Shown here: piece after piece, positions 27,901 through 38,865 of the stretch
How the letters are laid out: each line of letters starts with the position of its first letter
How positions within the stretch are numbered: the first letter of the stretch is position 1
Assembly: GCA_002897735.1 (NCBI GenBank)
Contig: BDTW01000034.1
Location: forward strand, 37,230-101,229
Source: a bacterium BMS3Bbin13
GTDB taxonomy: Bacteria > Pseudomonadota > Gammaproteobacteria > 21-64-14
Reading direction: 5' to 3'
DNA: 64,000 nt
Made by a program: the position numbers and the translations under genes
The notes under the pieces: model-generated
Databases searched by the model: none
What the model was told of the DNA's origin: nothing
What the model saw: only the letters and a program-made list of their open reading frames with translations

Positions 27901-29458
27901 GGCGGAAATAGTCGTACAGCGAACGCGCCCGCGTCGAGAGCACCGGGAGGGGCGTGTCGTCGCCCATCGAGCCGATCGCCTCCTGGCCGGCCTCGGCGAG
28001 CACGCGCAGGATCTGGTCGCGTTCCTCGAAGGTCACCTGGAACAGCTTCTGGTAGATGCCGAGTCCGGCCTCATCGAGCGGCGCGCTCGTCAGGGCCTCG
28101 GCCTCCAGCGTGGACTCGATACGACGCGCGTACCGCCCGAGCCATTGCTTGTAGGGCCGGCCCGACTTGAGCCGGTAGTCGATATCCGCCGGCAGCAGCA
28201 ACCGGCCGGTGGCGGTATCGGCGGCGATCATCTGACCGGGCATCAGGCGGCCCTTGCACAGCACCTCGGTCGGCTCGTAGTCGTAGACACCGATCTCGGA
28301 GGCCAGGGTGATGTGCCGATCGCGGGTCACCACGTAGCGGGCCGGGCGCAGGCCGTTGCGGTCCATACTGCAGGCGGCGTAGCGCCCGTCGGTAAGGACG
28401 ATGCCCGCGGGTCCGTCCCATGGCTCCATGTGCATCGAGTGATACTCGTAGAAGGCACGCAGGTCCGGATCCATGGTCTCGACGTTCTGCCACGCCGGCG
28501 GGATCAGCAGCCGCATGGCCCGGAACAGGTCCATGCCGCCCGCGAGCAGCGCCTCGAGCATGTTGTCGAGACTGCACGAATCCGAGCCGTCCATGGACAC
28601 CCAGGGCCGCACGTCCGCCAACTCCGGAAGCAGCGGGCTCTCGAACTTGTAGGCACGGGCGATCGCCCAGTGGCGGTTGCCCCGGATCGTGTTGATCTCG
28701 CCGTTGTGCGCCAGGTAGCGGAACGGCTGGGCGAGACGCCACTGCGGCCAGGTGTTGGTCGAGAACCGCTGGTGGAACACGCACAGCGAGGAGACCAGGC
28801 GCGGGTCCCGCAGGTCCGGATAGAACACCGGCAGGTTGTCCGGCATCACCAGTCCCTTGTAGGAGATCACCCGGGCGGAGAGGCTCGGGACATAGAACAC
28901 CGGATCCTCAACCTCTATCGCCTTCTCGGCGTGCCGGCGCGCGATGTAGAGCCGCCGTTCCAGGGCCGCCTCGTCGAGGTCGTCGGGCACCCGGACGAAC
29001 ACCTGCTCCACCGCCGGCAGGGTCTTCGATGCCTCGGCGCCGCACGCGGCGGGGTCGGTGGGCACGGCGCGCCAGCCGATGGTCGCCAGCCCCTGCGCCG
29101 CCAGCGCCTCGCCCAGGCGCCGGCGCGCGGCCTCGGCCGCCGCATGATCCGGGTTCAGGAACACGACCCCGACGGCATAGCGCGCACCGAGTTCCAGGCC
29201 CTGCCCGGCGGCCGTCGCACGCAGGAAGGCGTCGGGCAGACTCATCAGCAGCCCGCATCCGTCGCCGCTCTTGCCGTCGGCGGCCACGGCGCCGCGATGG
29301 GTAAGCCGGGTCAGCGAACCGATCGCAGTCTGCACCAGCCAATGGCTGGGCTTCCCATCCATCTGCGCGATCAGTCCGAATCCGCAGTTGTCCCGTTCGA
29401 AGGACGGATGGTACAGGCCGGCGGAGGGAGGGCGGTTGGCGCTCACGGCAGCAGTCAT
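24977..29458 (-). CDS. gltB: glutamate synthase large subunit
   Basis: 1493 aa. N-terminal amidotransferase ...[22 protein letters not shown]..., followed by the FMN/Fe-S central domain and the GXGXG C-terminal domain. Confidence 0.95.
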   Translation of the reverse strand: MTAAVSANRPPSAGLYHPSFERDNCGFGLIAQMDGKPSHWLVQTAIGSLTRLTHRGAVAADGKSGDGCGLLMSLPDAFLRATAAGQGLELGARYAVGVVFLNPDHAAAEAARRRLGEALAAQGLATIGWRAVPTDPAACGAEASKTLPAVEQVFVRVPDDLDEAALERRLYIARRHAEKAIEVEDPVFYVPSLSARVISYKGLVMPDNLPVFYPDLRDPRLVSSLCVFHQRFSTNTWPQWRLAQPFRYLAHNGEINTIRGNRHWAIARAYKFESPLLPELADVRPWVSMDGSDSCSLDNMLEALLAGGMDLFRAMRLLIPPAWQNVETMDPDLRAFYEYHSMHMEPWDGPAGIVLTDGRYAACSMDRNGLRPARYVVTRDRHITLASEIGVYDYEPTEVLCKGRLMPGQMIAADTATGRLLLPADIDYRLKSGRPYKQWLGRYARRIESTLEAEALTSAPLDEAGLGIYQKLFQVTFEERDQILRVLAEAGQEAIGSMGDDTPLPVLSTRARSLYDYFRQQFAQVTNPPIDPLREQIVMSLETCFGREQNLFEETPEHARRLLIDSPLLSEDKFRQLLAQDDPEYAHRVLDLNYRLAEGLRGALEALCDRAVRAVREGAVILVLSDRVLREDRIPIHALLATGAVHHRLIREGLRCDANLVVETGTARDPHHYACLIGYGATAVYPYLAYECLHDLIRTGEVRGRDTNALGRAYRKGINKGLYKIISKMGISTITSYRGAQLFEIVGLHEDVVGLCFAGTVSRIGGAHFEDLEQDQAGLARRAWNPRVPIDQGGLLKFIYGGEYHAYNPDVVQALHRAVRSGEQDDYREYAERVNTRPVTVLRDLLALREDVEPVPIEEVEPVEEIVRRFDSAGMSLGALSPEAHETLAGAMNRLGGRSNSGEGGEDPQRYGTIRTSKIKQVASGRFGLTPAYLVSAEVLQIKIAQGAKPGEGGQLPAHKVNEMIARLRYAKPGIALISPPPHHDIYSIEDLAQLIFDLKQVNPQALVSVKLVSEAGVGTIAAGVAKAYADLITIAGYDGGTGASPLASVKYAGTPWELGLTETHQILRANDLRGRVRVQADGGLKTGLDVIKAAILGAESFGFGTAPMIAMGCKYLRICHLNNCATGIATQNPVLRMDHFHGKVGMVMNFFRFVAEETREWLARLGVRRLTDLIGRTDLLEILPGRTAKQRRLNLAPLVSDGGVPADKPQYCQVERNAPFDRGELAERMVRDALDAIEHRRGGEFRYTLRNDNRSIGARLSGEIARRHGNLGMEDAPITLRLKGTAGQSFGVWNAGGLHLRLEGDANDYVGKGMAGGKLVIHPPPESGLSTRENVIIGNTCLYGATGGRLFAAGLAGERFAVRNSGAVAVVEGVGDHGCEYMTGGVVVVLGASGLNFGAGMTGGIAFTLDLGNGFVDHYNHDLVDIHRIETEAMEAHRNFLRGLIREFAEETGSPWGRRVLDEFSDFAGKFWLVKPKAADLATILDTLQRAA

Positions 29459-29664
29459 ACCTCGGATTCACAAACGCGCCGCGCCCGGTTTGGACGCGCG
29501 CCCAACCCGCCGCGCGGCGAGCCGGCCGCAGGCAAAGGGCCGTGCAGTATAGCGCCGCGGGAGAGGGCGTTCAATGAAGCGACGGCGCGTCTGTATCGGC
29601 CTTTCCCCGGGTTTTCCGTAGGTTGCGCACGACCGCCGGAAGGACCTGCGCCTGTCGCGCGACC

Positions 29665-31320
29665 TCAGCGCACCCCGGGGGTACCCGCGGTGCGAATCGC
29701 GGCCTGCACGGAGGCCAAGCTTCGCACCCAGGGACGGGCGGAACGCAGGGCGCGCGGGAGGGTCCCCGCCGCCCGCACGGCCGCCTCGCGGGAAGGATAT
29801 ATACCGTACACCAGCGCGTAGAGCGTTTCGCGCCCGCGCTTGCCGGTTACCGGAAACCACGCCACCGGCGCCGCCCAACGATGCCGTCGAAGCAGCCGCG
29901 GCAATGTATCGCGCCGGCGTACTACGATGACCTGCACCGTGTAGTGGCGCGGATCCTGACGCATCAGCCAGGCCGCCGTGTGCATGCTCGTCGATTGCCG
30001 CCCAACGGGTCGCGATGGTACCCGGGCGGCAGCGCCGGCGTGAAGCCGGGGTTGCGGCACCGGGGCCGCCGACGATCCCGGCGGTTGCGACGTGCTTCCA
30101 GACGGGTGAGCGTCGGCGCGAACCGCCGGCCTCGGGGCCGGGGCCGCCGGCGGCGAGCCGTGAGGGATCGGGTTTGCGACTTGGAGCGAGCGCCCCTGCG
30201 CCCCGGCCGCGACGGACACGGGTGCGACGGTGCCCGCCGACGGGCTCGGTTGCGCGGGCGGACGGGGTGTGACGGGCGGCGATGCGACAAGGGCTTGTGC
30301 AGTCGGTGGGACCGGAGGGACGGGCGGAACCGCGGCGGTGGGAATCGTCACCCGGGCGGGGCGCATCCGCACCACCGGGGCCGGGGGCGCTTCGCCGCCG
30401 GGCGCACTCGCGCGTCCCGCGAGCCACCGCCCCAGCGGCCCCTGTACCCCGATCAACCCCACCGCCGCCACACCGGCCAACACCAGGAAACCGAGGACCG
30501 GGCCCAGGCGCAACGCCGTCGGCCGGTTCGCGCGAGTCCCCCGCGCATCGGCACCCAAGAGCAGGCGGTGGGCCTGTTCCTGGATACGGCCGGGCAACCC
30601 CCGGGCGGCACGGTGGATCTGCCGGACCTGCCGGGGCGTGAACGGGTCGTCTCCGGACAGACCCGCGGCCAGCAGCCGGTGCATGAGATAAGCCGCCGTC
30701 TGTTCGGGCGTAAATGCCGGAAGCGCCTCGACGTGGAGCGACTTGCGCAATTCGGCGGGGAGCGCCATCCCTTCGAGGATGGCCTGCAGAGAGGGTTCGC
30801 CGAACAACACGACGCGGGCGGAGCCGGGCGCCGGCGGGCAGGCCAGCGAGATGAGCGCCTCGAGGACCGGGACCGGCAGGAGGTGGGCGTCGTCCGCGAG
30901 AATGACCGGCAACCGCGCATCCTCGCGCAGGCGCGCCAGCGCAGCGCATATCGCCTCGCCGTTTGCAGGGACCGCCGGCTCCACCCCGGCCAGGCCCCCG
31001 GCCAGTTGCGCGTACAGGGCGGCGACCTCCTGCGGGGGAGTTTCACCGCCGAGGCGCTGCACGCACCAGCTCTCGTCGGCGTGCGCCTGGAGCCGCTCGA
31101 GCAGGGTGGTCTTGCCTCCGCCCTCGGGGGCCTGGACCACGATCAGCCGCCCGGTCGACTGGATCAAATGGCGGAGGAGATTGAAGCGCTGGAGAATCGC
31201 CGGGTCTTCATAGAAGGGGGCGAATCCACGAGCGGCGCCGAACGGCCCCTCACGCAAGCCGAGCGCCGCAACATAGGGGGGATCGCCGGCCGGCCCGTCA
31301 CGTCCCGGATTGGATGCCAT
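29665..31320 (-). CDS. ExeA-like AAA ATPase fused to TM segment, Pro-rich linker and C-terminal SPOR domain (DamX/PA5037-like)
   Basis: Walker A LIVVQAPEGGGKTTLLERL. A single TM segment (PVLGFLVLAGVAAVGLIG). A proline-rich region. C-terminal ...YTVQVIVVRRRDTLPRLLRRH...AWFPVTGKRGRETLYALVYGIYPSREAA... is a SPOR fold. In the position occupied by damX after aroK-aroB. The ATG at 31320 avoids a 140-bp overlap with aroB. Confidence 0.7.
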   Translation of the reverse strand: MASNPGRDGPAGDPPYVAALGLREGPFGAARGFAPFYEDPAILQRFNLLRHLIQSTGRLIVVQAPEGGGKTTLLERLQAHADESWCVQRLGGETPPQEVAALYAQLAGGLAGVEPAVPANGEAICAALARLREDARLPVILADDAHLLPVPVLEALISLACPPAPGSARVVLFGEPSLQAILEGMALPAELRKSLHVEALPAFTPEQTAAYLMHRLLAAGLSGDDPFTPRQVRQIHRAARGLPGRIQEQAHRLLLGADARGTRANRPTALRLGPVLGFLVLAGVAAVGLIGVQGPLGRWLAGRASAPGGEAPPAPVVRMRPARVTIPTAAVPPVPPVPPTAQALVASPPVTPRPPAQPSPSAGTVAPVSVAAGAQGRSLQVANPIPHGSPPAAPAPRPAVRADAHPSGSTSQPPGSSAAPVPQPRLHAGAAARVPSRPVGRQSTSMHTAAWLMRQDPRHYTVQVIVVRRRDTLPRLLRRHRWAAPVAWFPVTGKRGRETLYALVYGIYPSREAAVRAAGTLPRALRSARPWVRSLASVQAAIRTAGTPGVR

Positions 31321-31352
31321 CTCCCCCTCCCGCTCCGGCCGCACTGCGCCCC

Positions 31353-31580
31353 TCAAGCCCCGGGGGTACCGCCCTCTATGAAGACCACCCGGTAGCCGCG
31401 CCGCAACTGTTGGTCGCGGGCCGCGATGAGCGCTTGCTCGGCCTGCTCGCGGCTGGGGTAGTACTGTCGCCGCACGCGCCCGGCGCCGCCCTGGACGCCC
31501 CACTCCCGGACCAGCGTCCAACCCTCCCACAGGTCCGCGAGCAGGATCAGGTGACAGAAGCGCGGCGCGCCGCTGTCCAT
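31353..31580 (-). CDS. small WGR-domain protein
   Basis: 75 aa, ...RFCHLILLADLWEGWTLVREWGVQGGAGRVRRQYYPSREQAEQALIAARDQQLRRGYRVV... contains the W...REWG...G...RGY pattern of WGR domains. Confidence 0.55.
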   Translation of the reverse strand: MDSGAPRFCHLILLADLWEGWTLVREWGVQGGAGRVRRQYYPSREQAEQALIAARDQQLRRGYRVVFIEGGTPGA

Positions 31581-31643
31581 CGCCGGGATCTGCAGATAGA
31601 TGCGCACGCCCTTCGATCCCCCGCCCGTAGCGCGCCCGCCCGC

Positions 31644-32735
31644 TCAGGCCCCGGCGGCCCCCTCCTCGAGGACCGCCGTCAGCGCGGCCTCGTCGAAACC
31701 GTCGGTCAGCACCGCACGGCCGATCCCGCGAAGCAGGACCAGGCGCAGTCGTCCGTCCCGGACCTTCTTGTCCACCGCCATCCACTCACGCAATCGGGAT
31801 GCGATCCCGGCCGGCGGGACCACCGGCAGGCGTGCGCGGCGCACCAGGGCCTCGATGCGCTCCACCGTCGCCTCCGCCAGCCAGCCCTGGCGCGCCGACA
31901 GGCGCGCCGCCATGCACATACCGGCGGCCACCGCTTCGCCGTGCAGCCAGTTGCCATAGCCGCTCCCGGTCTCGATCGCGTGTCCGAAAGTATGGCCCAG
32001 GTTGAGCAGCGCGCGCTGCCCGCTCTCGCGCTCGTCGACGGCCACCACCTGCGCCTTGTCGCGGCAGGAACGCTCCACCGCGAACGCCACGGCCTCGGGT
32101 TCACGCCCCAACAGCGCCTCCATGTGGGCCTCCAGCCATTCGAAGAACTCGCGGTCCTGGATCAGCCCGTACTTGATGATCTCGGCGATCCCGGCGCACA
32201 GTTGGCACTCCTCCAGGGTCGCCAGGGTATCGGTATCCGCCACTACGCAGCGCGGCTGATGGAACGCGCCGATCATGTTCTTTCCCAGGGGGTGGTTGAC
32301 GCCGGTCTTGCCGCCGACCGAGGAGTCGACCTGCGCGAGCAGCGTGGTCGGGACCTGGATGAAGGGCACGCCGCGCTGATAGCAGGCGGCCGCGAATCCG
32401 GCGATGTCCCCGATCACACCGCCGCCGAGCGCGATCAGCGTGGTCTCGCGGTCGTGGTGCCGCTCGAGGAGCGCGTCGAAGACGCGCCCCGTGACCTCCA
32501 GGGTCTTGTACTGCTCCCCGTCGGGGAGGATCGCCGCGTCGCACTGAAAATCCCCGAGCGACTCCTGCAGCCGCTCGAGATAGAGCGGCGCCACGGTCTC
32601 GTTGGACACCACCAGGACCCGGCGCCCCGGGATGTGACGCACGAACAACTCGGCGCGATCCAGCAACCCGCGGCCGATATAGATCGGGTAGCTGCGCGGC
32701 CCAAGATCGACTTGCAAGGTTCTCATGGGCGACAT
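31644..32735 (-). CDS. aroB: 3-dehydroquinate synthase
   Basis: 363 aa, ...[53 protein letters not shown]... is the AroB signature. Confidence 0.95.
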   Translation of the reverse strand: MSPMRTLQVDLGPRSYPIYIGRGLLDRAELFVRHIPGRRVLVVSNETVAPLYLERLQESLGDFQCDAAILPDGEQYKTLEVTGRVFDALLERHHDRETTLIALGGGVIGDIAGFAAACYQRGVPFIQVPTTLLAQVDSSVGGKTGVNHPLGKNMIGAFHQPRCVVADTDTLATLEECQLCAGIAEIIKYGLIQDREFFEWLEAHMEALLGREPEAVAFAVERSCRDKAQVVAVDERESGQRALLNLGHTFGHAIETGSGYGNWLHGEAVAAGMCMAARLSARQGWLAEATVERIEALVRRARLPVVPPAGIASRLREWMAVDKKVRDGRLRLVLLRGIGRAVLTDGFDEAALTAVLEEGAAGA

Positions 32736-32753
32736 TCTAGCAGCCTGCCGGAC

Positions 32754-33275
32754 TTAGGGGTTCGTAGCGAGGCGCTGTAGGATCTCGGCGACCACCGCCT
32801 GTACACTGCGCCCGTCGGTCTTCACCACCAGATCCGCGACCTCCCGGTAGAGAGGGACGCGCACCGCCGTCAAGGCCTCCAACCGGGCGCGGCGGTCCTC
32901 GGTATGCAGCAGCGGCCGGTGCCGGTCGCGGGTGGTGCGTTCTAGCTGTTGGGCGACCGAGGTCTCCAGATAGATCACGCGCCCCCCGGCCCGCAGGTCT
33001 TCGCGGTTGCGCGCGTCCAGCACCGCGCCGCCGCCGGTGGCCAATACCACCCCGTCCAGGCGCGTGAGTTCCTCCAGTACCGCCCGTTCGCGGGCGCGGA
33101 AACCCGCCTCGCCCTCGAGATCGAAGATCAGCGGGATGTCCGCCCCGGTGCGGGACTCGATCTCCCGGTCGCTGTCGTGGAATGCGAGTTCCAGGGAGCG
33201 CGCCAACTGGCGCCCGATGGTGGTCTTGCCGGCCCCCATCGGGCCGACCAGAAACAGGTTTTCGGCCTTGCCCAT
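32754..33275 (-). CDS. aroK: shikimate kinase
   Basis: [25 protein letters not shown]... (P-loop); 173 aa from the ATG at 33275. Confidence 0.9.
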   Translation of the reverse strand: MGKAENLFLVGPMGAGKTTIGRQLARSLELAFHDSDREIESRTGADIPLIFDLEGEAGFRARERAVLEELTRLDGVVLATGGGAVLDARNREDLRAGGRVIYLETSVAQQLERTTRDRHRPLLHTEDRRARLEALTAVRVPLYREVADLVVKTDGRSVQAVVAEILQRLATNP

Positions 33276-33641
33276 GGGGCAGATATGCCAGAAAGGCCGG
33301 GGCACCGCAAGTCGCGCACGGCCTACGCAGCGGCCGCCGCGCAAACGTGCGGCCGCAGGTGCCGCTATGGAGCCGCCACATCGTCCTTGGTTTGAACAAC
33401 TCTTGCTTTGGCGCCCCTATTCGTAAAAACCAGCCACGAAATCCACGGAACCCACGGAAAGGTATCGCCTTTGTCCGTGGGTTCCGTGGCTCAGCGCAGC
33501 GCGGTCTTTGGTTCGCCTTGGCAAGAGCCGCCCGACTCAGGCTCGTCCTGCGGGCATGGCGGAAAATCGATCGATTGTTCCGATCGCGACGCGCCCGGTG
33601 GGCCGTTACTCCACAGCCTGCCGGGCGCGTCTCGAGACCGG

Positions 33642-35849
33642 CTACCGGGTCCGGGTCGTGCCGACGGTGTTGGAGCGGACCTGATCGACGCGCAGGACAT
33701 CCTTCATGATCTTGGGCGTCACGAACACCAGCAGCTCCGAACGGTTGTTGGTCTTCTGCGTGTTTCGGAACAGGAACCCGAGGCCGGGGATGTCCCCGAG
33801 GATCGGGATGCTGTTCTTCTGGCGCTTGTCGGTGTGCTGGTAGATGCCGCCGAGCACCACCGTCTCCCCGTTATCCACCAGCACTTGGGTCTTGACGTTG
33901 TTGGTATCGATGCTCGGCACTCCGAAGAACACCTGACCGATGCTGTCCTTGTTGACCTCGAGGTCCATGATGATCCGATTGTCGGGCGTGATGTGCGGCG
34001 TCACCTTGAGACTCAGCACCGCCTTCTTGAACTGCACCGAGGTGGCGCCGCTCGAGGTCGCCCGCTGGTAGGGAATCTCGACGCCCTGCTCGATCGTCGC
34101 CGTCATGTCGTTGGCGGTGATGACCCGCGGGCTGGAGACCACCTCGCCCTGTCCCTCGGCCTGCATGGAGGAGAGCTCCAGTTGTAGCAGGTGGCTGCCG
34201 ATGCGGCCTATGGTGATCCCCAGCGCCGCCGTCGGGTTGATCACCGGAAGCGACGAGATCAGGCCCTCGACGCCACTGCCGGCCGATGCCTGGAAAGCGG
34301 TGGTGCCGCTGCCACTGGGCGGTGTAAGTCCGCCGGAGAGCGTGCCCCCCACGGCGTACTGGCTCCCGTTGCTGCCGAACGTGGTAGCCCGGCTGAGACC
34401 GAACTTCGCGCCCAGATTGCGGCTCCAGTCGTTGTTGGCGATCACCACCCGCGATTCGATCAACACTTGGCGCACCGGGATGTCCAAGGTCCGCACCAGC
34501 TTGCGAATCTTGCCGAGCCGCGACGGGGTGTCCTGAACCAGGAGGGTGTTGGTGCGCGCATCGACCGTCACGCTGCCGCGCGAGGACAGGAAACCGCCGC
34601 TCTTCGAGCCCTTCCCGGACTGCAACAGCTTGGCGATATCCGCGGCCTTGGCGTAGTTGACCTGGATGGACTCGAAACGCAGCGGCTCGGAGTTCTGCAA
34701 CTGCTTCCGCGCCTCGTTCTCGAGCTTTTCCCGGGCGACAATCTCGTCGTTCGGCGCCACCCAGATCACGTTGCCGCTGCGGCGCATCCCCAGGCCCTGG
34801 GTCTGGAGGATGATGGCCAGGGCCTGATCCCACGGTACATTTTTCAGGCGCAGTGTCAGGTTGCCCTTGACGCTGTCGCTGACGACGATGTTCAGTCCGG
34901 TGAAATCCGCGATCAACTGCAGCACCGCGCGCGTCTGGATGTCTTGGAAGTTCAGGGACAGGCGCTGACCGGTGTACTTGAACTTGGCCTTGGCCCGCGC
35001 CTCCTTCTGGGCGGCGGTCACCGGCTTGACCTCGATGGTGAGCTTGTCACCGGACTGATAGGCCATGTCCTCGTACCGGCCGTGGGCGGCGATGGCCATG
35101 CGCGCGCCGTTACCCCGCACATAAGTGTCCACGTGGGTCACCGGCGTAGCGAAATCGGTCACGTCGAGTCGCTGCTCGAGCCGGACCGGCAGGTTCGCGT
35201 TCATGAAATCCACGTAGATCTTCTTGCCTTCCTCGTGGAGATTCCATGACACGGAGGAATCGGCCAGGTCCACGGTGATCAGGGCCTGACCGGCCGCGCC
35301 GCGACGGAACTCCACGCCGGTGATCCCCGGCTGCGCGGCCCCTGCGGCGACGGACGCCACGGAGGCCGCCCCCGCGCCCTGCGCGGGGGCGCCGTTCAGC
35401 GTCACGTAGATCTTGTTGCCCGCGACCCGCACATTGTAGGGGACCAGTCGCGCCAGATTCAGGACCACGCGGGTCCGCCCGTCGGCCTGCGCGGTCGTAA
35501 TACTGCGCGCCACGCCGATACCGATGGACCGGGTCTTCTTCGCCAGCGCGTTGCGCGTGTGCAGGAGGTCCAGCGCGATGCGCGCCGGGCGGTCGGTGGC
35601 GAAACCCACCGGCTGCGGGGCGGGTTTCGCCAGGGTAAGCACCACCTGAACTTCGCCGCCCGGGAGGGTGGAGAAGCCGATGTTCTCCAGCGCGTTGGCG
35701 GCGCGCGCCGGTGCGGCGGAAACCGATCCGGCGAGCAGCACCACTGCGGCGAGCACGAGCAGGGACGCGAGGCGATGCCGACCGCCTTCCGGAACTCCGG
35801 CCGCGGCCGCCCGGTGCCCCGCAGCGCGGACTGTCTGAAGAAACGTCAT
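33642..35849 (-). CDS. pilQ: type IV pilus secretin PilQ
   Basis: Signal peptide, AMIN/N0 domains, and a C-terminal secretin domain (...VLVDNGETVVLGGI...IPILGDIPGLGFLFR...). Last gene of pilMNOPQ. Confidence 0.9.
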   Translation of the reverse strand: MTFLQTVRAAGHRAAAAGVPEGGRHRLASLLVLAAVVLLAGSVSAAPARAANALENIGFSTLPGGEVQVVLTLAKPAPQPVGFATDRPARIALDLLHTRNALAKKTRSIGIGVARSITTAQADGRTRVVLNLARLVPYNVRVAGNKIYVTLNGAPAQGAGAASVASVAAGAAQPGITGVEFRRGAAGQALITVDLADSSVSWNLHEEGKKIYVDFMNANLPVRLEQRLDVTDFATPVTHVDTYVRGNGARMAIAAHGRYEDMAYQSGDKLTIEVKPVTAAQKEARAKAKFKYTGQRLSLNFQDIQTRAVLQLIADFTGLNIVVSDSVKGNLTLRLKNVPWDQALAIILQTQGLGMRRSGNVIWVAPNDEIVAREKLENEARKQLQNSEPLRFESIQVNYAKAADIAKLLQSGKGSKSGGFLSSRGSVTVDARTNTLLVQDTPSRLGKIRKLVRTLDIPVRQVLIESRVVIANNDWSRNLGAKFGLSRATTFGSNGSQYAVGGTLSGGLTPPSGSGTTAFQASAGSGVEGLISSLPVINPTAALGITIGRIGSHLLQLELSSMQAEGQGEVVSSPRVITANDMTATIEQGVEIPYQRATSSGATSVQFKKAVLSLKVTPHITPDNRIIMDLEVNKDSIGQVFFGVPSIDTNNVKTQVLVDNGETVVLGGIYQHTDKRQKNSIPILGDIPGLGFLFRNTQKTNNRSELLVFVTPKIMKDVLRVDQVRSNTVGTTRTR

Positions 35850-35872
35850 CGCAGTGCTCCCCATGGGATTTC

Positions 35873-36421
35873 CTACTTCAGTGCCAGAGAGGCCGGGTGC
35901 TTCATCCACCCCCCCATACCGTCGGGTACGATCTCGACCAGATTCAACCTGCCCTCGGCGATCTTCACGACCTTACCGTAGTTCCGGCCCATGTGGTCGC
36001 CATCGCGCACCGGGTAGATGGTGCCGTCGGGCGCGCGCACCAGGGCCCAGATGTGGCCGCCCTTGTCGAGTGTGCCGACCATGCGCAGCGCGTCCAGCGG
36101 AAAGGCCTCCAGGGGCGCGCGCGGACGTTTGGCGTCGGGACGCAGCCGGCTGTTGCCGCCCACCTTCACCGCGGCCGCACCGCCGAGCCGGGACGGCGAG
36201 AACGGGTCGCGCCGGTCGAAGGCGCTGTAGATGAATTTGCGGTACAACTTGACCTTCGGCAGCGGCGAGATGCGCCCGCCCGGGCGGGCCTCGACCCGGC
36301 GCACCCAATGATGCAGATCGGACATCCGGTCGCCGCTGCAGCCGCCGAGCAGGATCACCGCCGCCAGCGCCGCCGCCAGCGCCGCGCCGCGCGAACGGAT
36401 CGTACGGGCGCCGGCGCTCAT
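35873..36421 (-). CDS. pilP: type IV pilus assembly lipoprotein PilP
   Basis: 182 aa with a lipobox (LLGGCSG). Position between pilO and pilQ. Confidence 0.8.
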   Translation of the reverse strand: MSAGARTIRSRGAALAAALAAVILLGGCSGDRMSDLHHWVRRVEARPGGRISPLPKVKLYRKFIYSAFDRRDPFSPSRLGGAAAVKVGGNSRLRPDAKRPRAPLEAFPLDALRMVGTLDKGGHIWALVRAPDGTIYPVRDGDHMGRNYGKVVKIAEGRLNLVEIVPDGMGGWMKHPASLALK

Positions 36422-37014
36422 CGGTCGCCCCCCTCTTCGAGGTACCGGTAGGTCTTCGCCGTGAGGTCCATCACGAGCTTGCCGTCCTTCCCCTTCGGTT
36501 TGATCGAGATATTGTGCAGCGTCACGATTCGCGACAGCGCGGCCACGCCGCTCACGAATTTCCCGAACTCGTGGTAGGTGCCGGTGACCTCGATGCGAAT
36601 CGGGAGTTCGGCGTAGAAGTCCTTGCGAATCTCCGCCTTCGGCTTGAACAGGCGGAATTCCAACCCGCTGGCCAGACCCGTCTGGGAGATATCCACCAGC
36701 AGATCGGGCACCTCGGTCTTGCTCGGCAGCTGGCGTAGCATGGCGCCGAAGGACTTGCGCATCTCGGCGAGCTGCTCCTCATAGGCATCGAGGTTCGCGG
36801 CCTTGCGCTGCTTGAACTCGAAGACCTGCTTGAGCGAGGTCTCCTTCTGCCGCGCCTGCTGCAGGTCGGCCCACTGGGTGCTGAGATCGAACCAGTAGCC
36901 GGCGAACAGCACCGCCACCGCGGCCAGCGCGATCGCCACGCCCTTGACCGGCCAGGGCCAGCTGCCGGCGTTGTTGACGTCCAGGTCGAGGTTCTTGAGA
37001 TCCGACAGATTCAC
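36418..37014 (-). CDS. pilO: type IV pilus assembly protein PilO
   Basis: 198 aa with a single N-terminal TM segment. Operon position. 4-bp overlaps with its neighbours. Confidence 0.8.
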   Translation of the reverse strand: MNLSDLKNLDLDVNNAGSWPWPVKGVAIALAAVAVLFAGYWFDLSTQWADLQQARQKETSLKQVFEFKQRKAANLDAYEEQLAEMRKSFGAMLRQLPSKTEVPDLLVDISQTGLASGLEFRLFKPKAEIRKDFYAELPIRIEVTGTYHEFGKFVSGVAALSRIVTLHNISIKPKGKDGKLVMDLTAKTYRYLEEGGDR

Positions 37015-37610
37015 CGCCCGGCCCTCCGGCCGGCGCGCTTCGCTCCCGCCGCGCCCGCGCCTTCGTTCTTCGGCATGGCCTCACCGACCTGGAGCGTGAA
37101 ATCGCTGACCCGGCCATTGGCGCTCGCGTGCGTGCGGATCACGTCCAACCGCGGATCGGTCAGCCAGCGGGTCGCATCGAGCCTGCGCATGTATTCCGAC
37201 ACCCGCGCATTCGACTGGGCCACGCCCTGGATTTTGAGGCCGTCGCCGCTCTGTGCGATCCCCTTGAGGTACACCCCATGCGGCAGCGTGGTCACCATTT
37301 CCTGGAACAGATGCACCACCTCCGGTCGACTGTGCTGCAGGCGCTGGATGATCTCCATGCGCGCCAGGAGTTTCGTCTTCGTCGACTCGAGGTCCTTGAT
37401 CTTACGGATCCGCCCGTCGAGCCGGGTGATCTGCTGCTGCAGATAGTGGTTGCGGCTGTTCTGGTAGCCGATCATGCCGCTCACCCGAATATGGAACAAC
37501 AGCACCACCAGGCCGGCCAACACCGCGGCCCCGACGAGCACGGTGATGAACTCGCGCTGGCGCTCTTTGCGCAGATCCTCGCGCCAGGGCAATAGGTTGA
37601 TGCACGCCAT
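37011..37610 (-). CDS. pilN: type IV pilus assembly protein PilN
   Basis: MACINLLPWREDLRKERQREF... is the PilN N-terminus. 199 aa. Confidence 0.85.
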   Translation of the reverse strand: MACINLLPWREDLRKERQREFITVLVGAAVLAGLVVLLFHIRVSGMIGYQNSRNHYLQQQITRLDGRIRKIKDLESTKTKLLARMEIIQRLQHSRPEVVHLFQEMVTTLPHGVYLKGIAQSGDGLKIQGVAQSNARVSEYMRRLDATRWLTDPRLDVIRTHASANGRVSDFTLQVGEAMPKNEGAGAAGAKRAGRRAGR

Positions 37611-37611
37611 G

Positions 37612-38679
<1,068 letters not shown>

Positions 38680-38865
38680 TTATATCCTTTTGAAAGCGTT
38701 AGCTTGCAAGACAAGCCGCGCGTCCGAAATTACACTCCAGAGACCACCCGGTGTCAACGAAAAGCGTAGCGGCACGGCACTCTCCGGCTTAACGAAATTC
38801 TTCGGCTTCCCGGCGTTTCCTTCCATGAAACCCATCACAACCTCCCGTCCGCCCGCCGGCACCCG

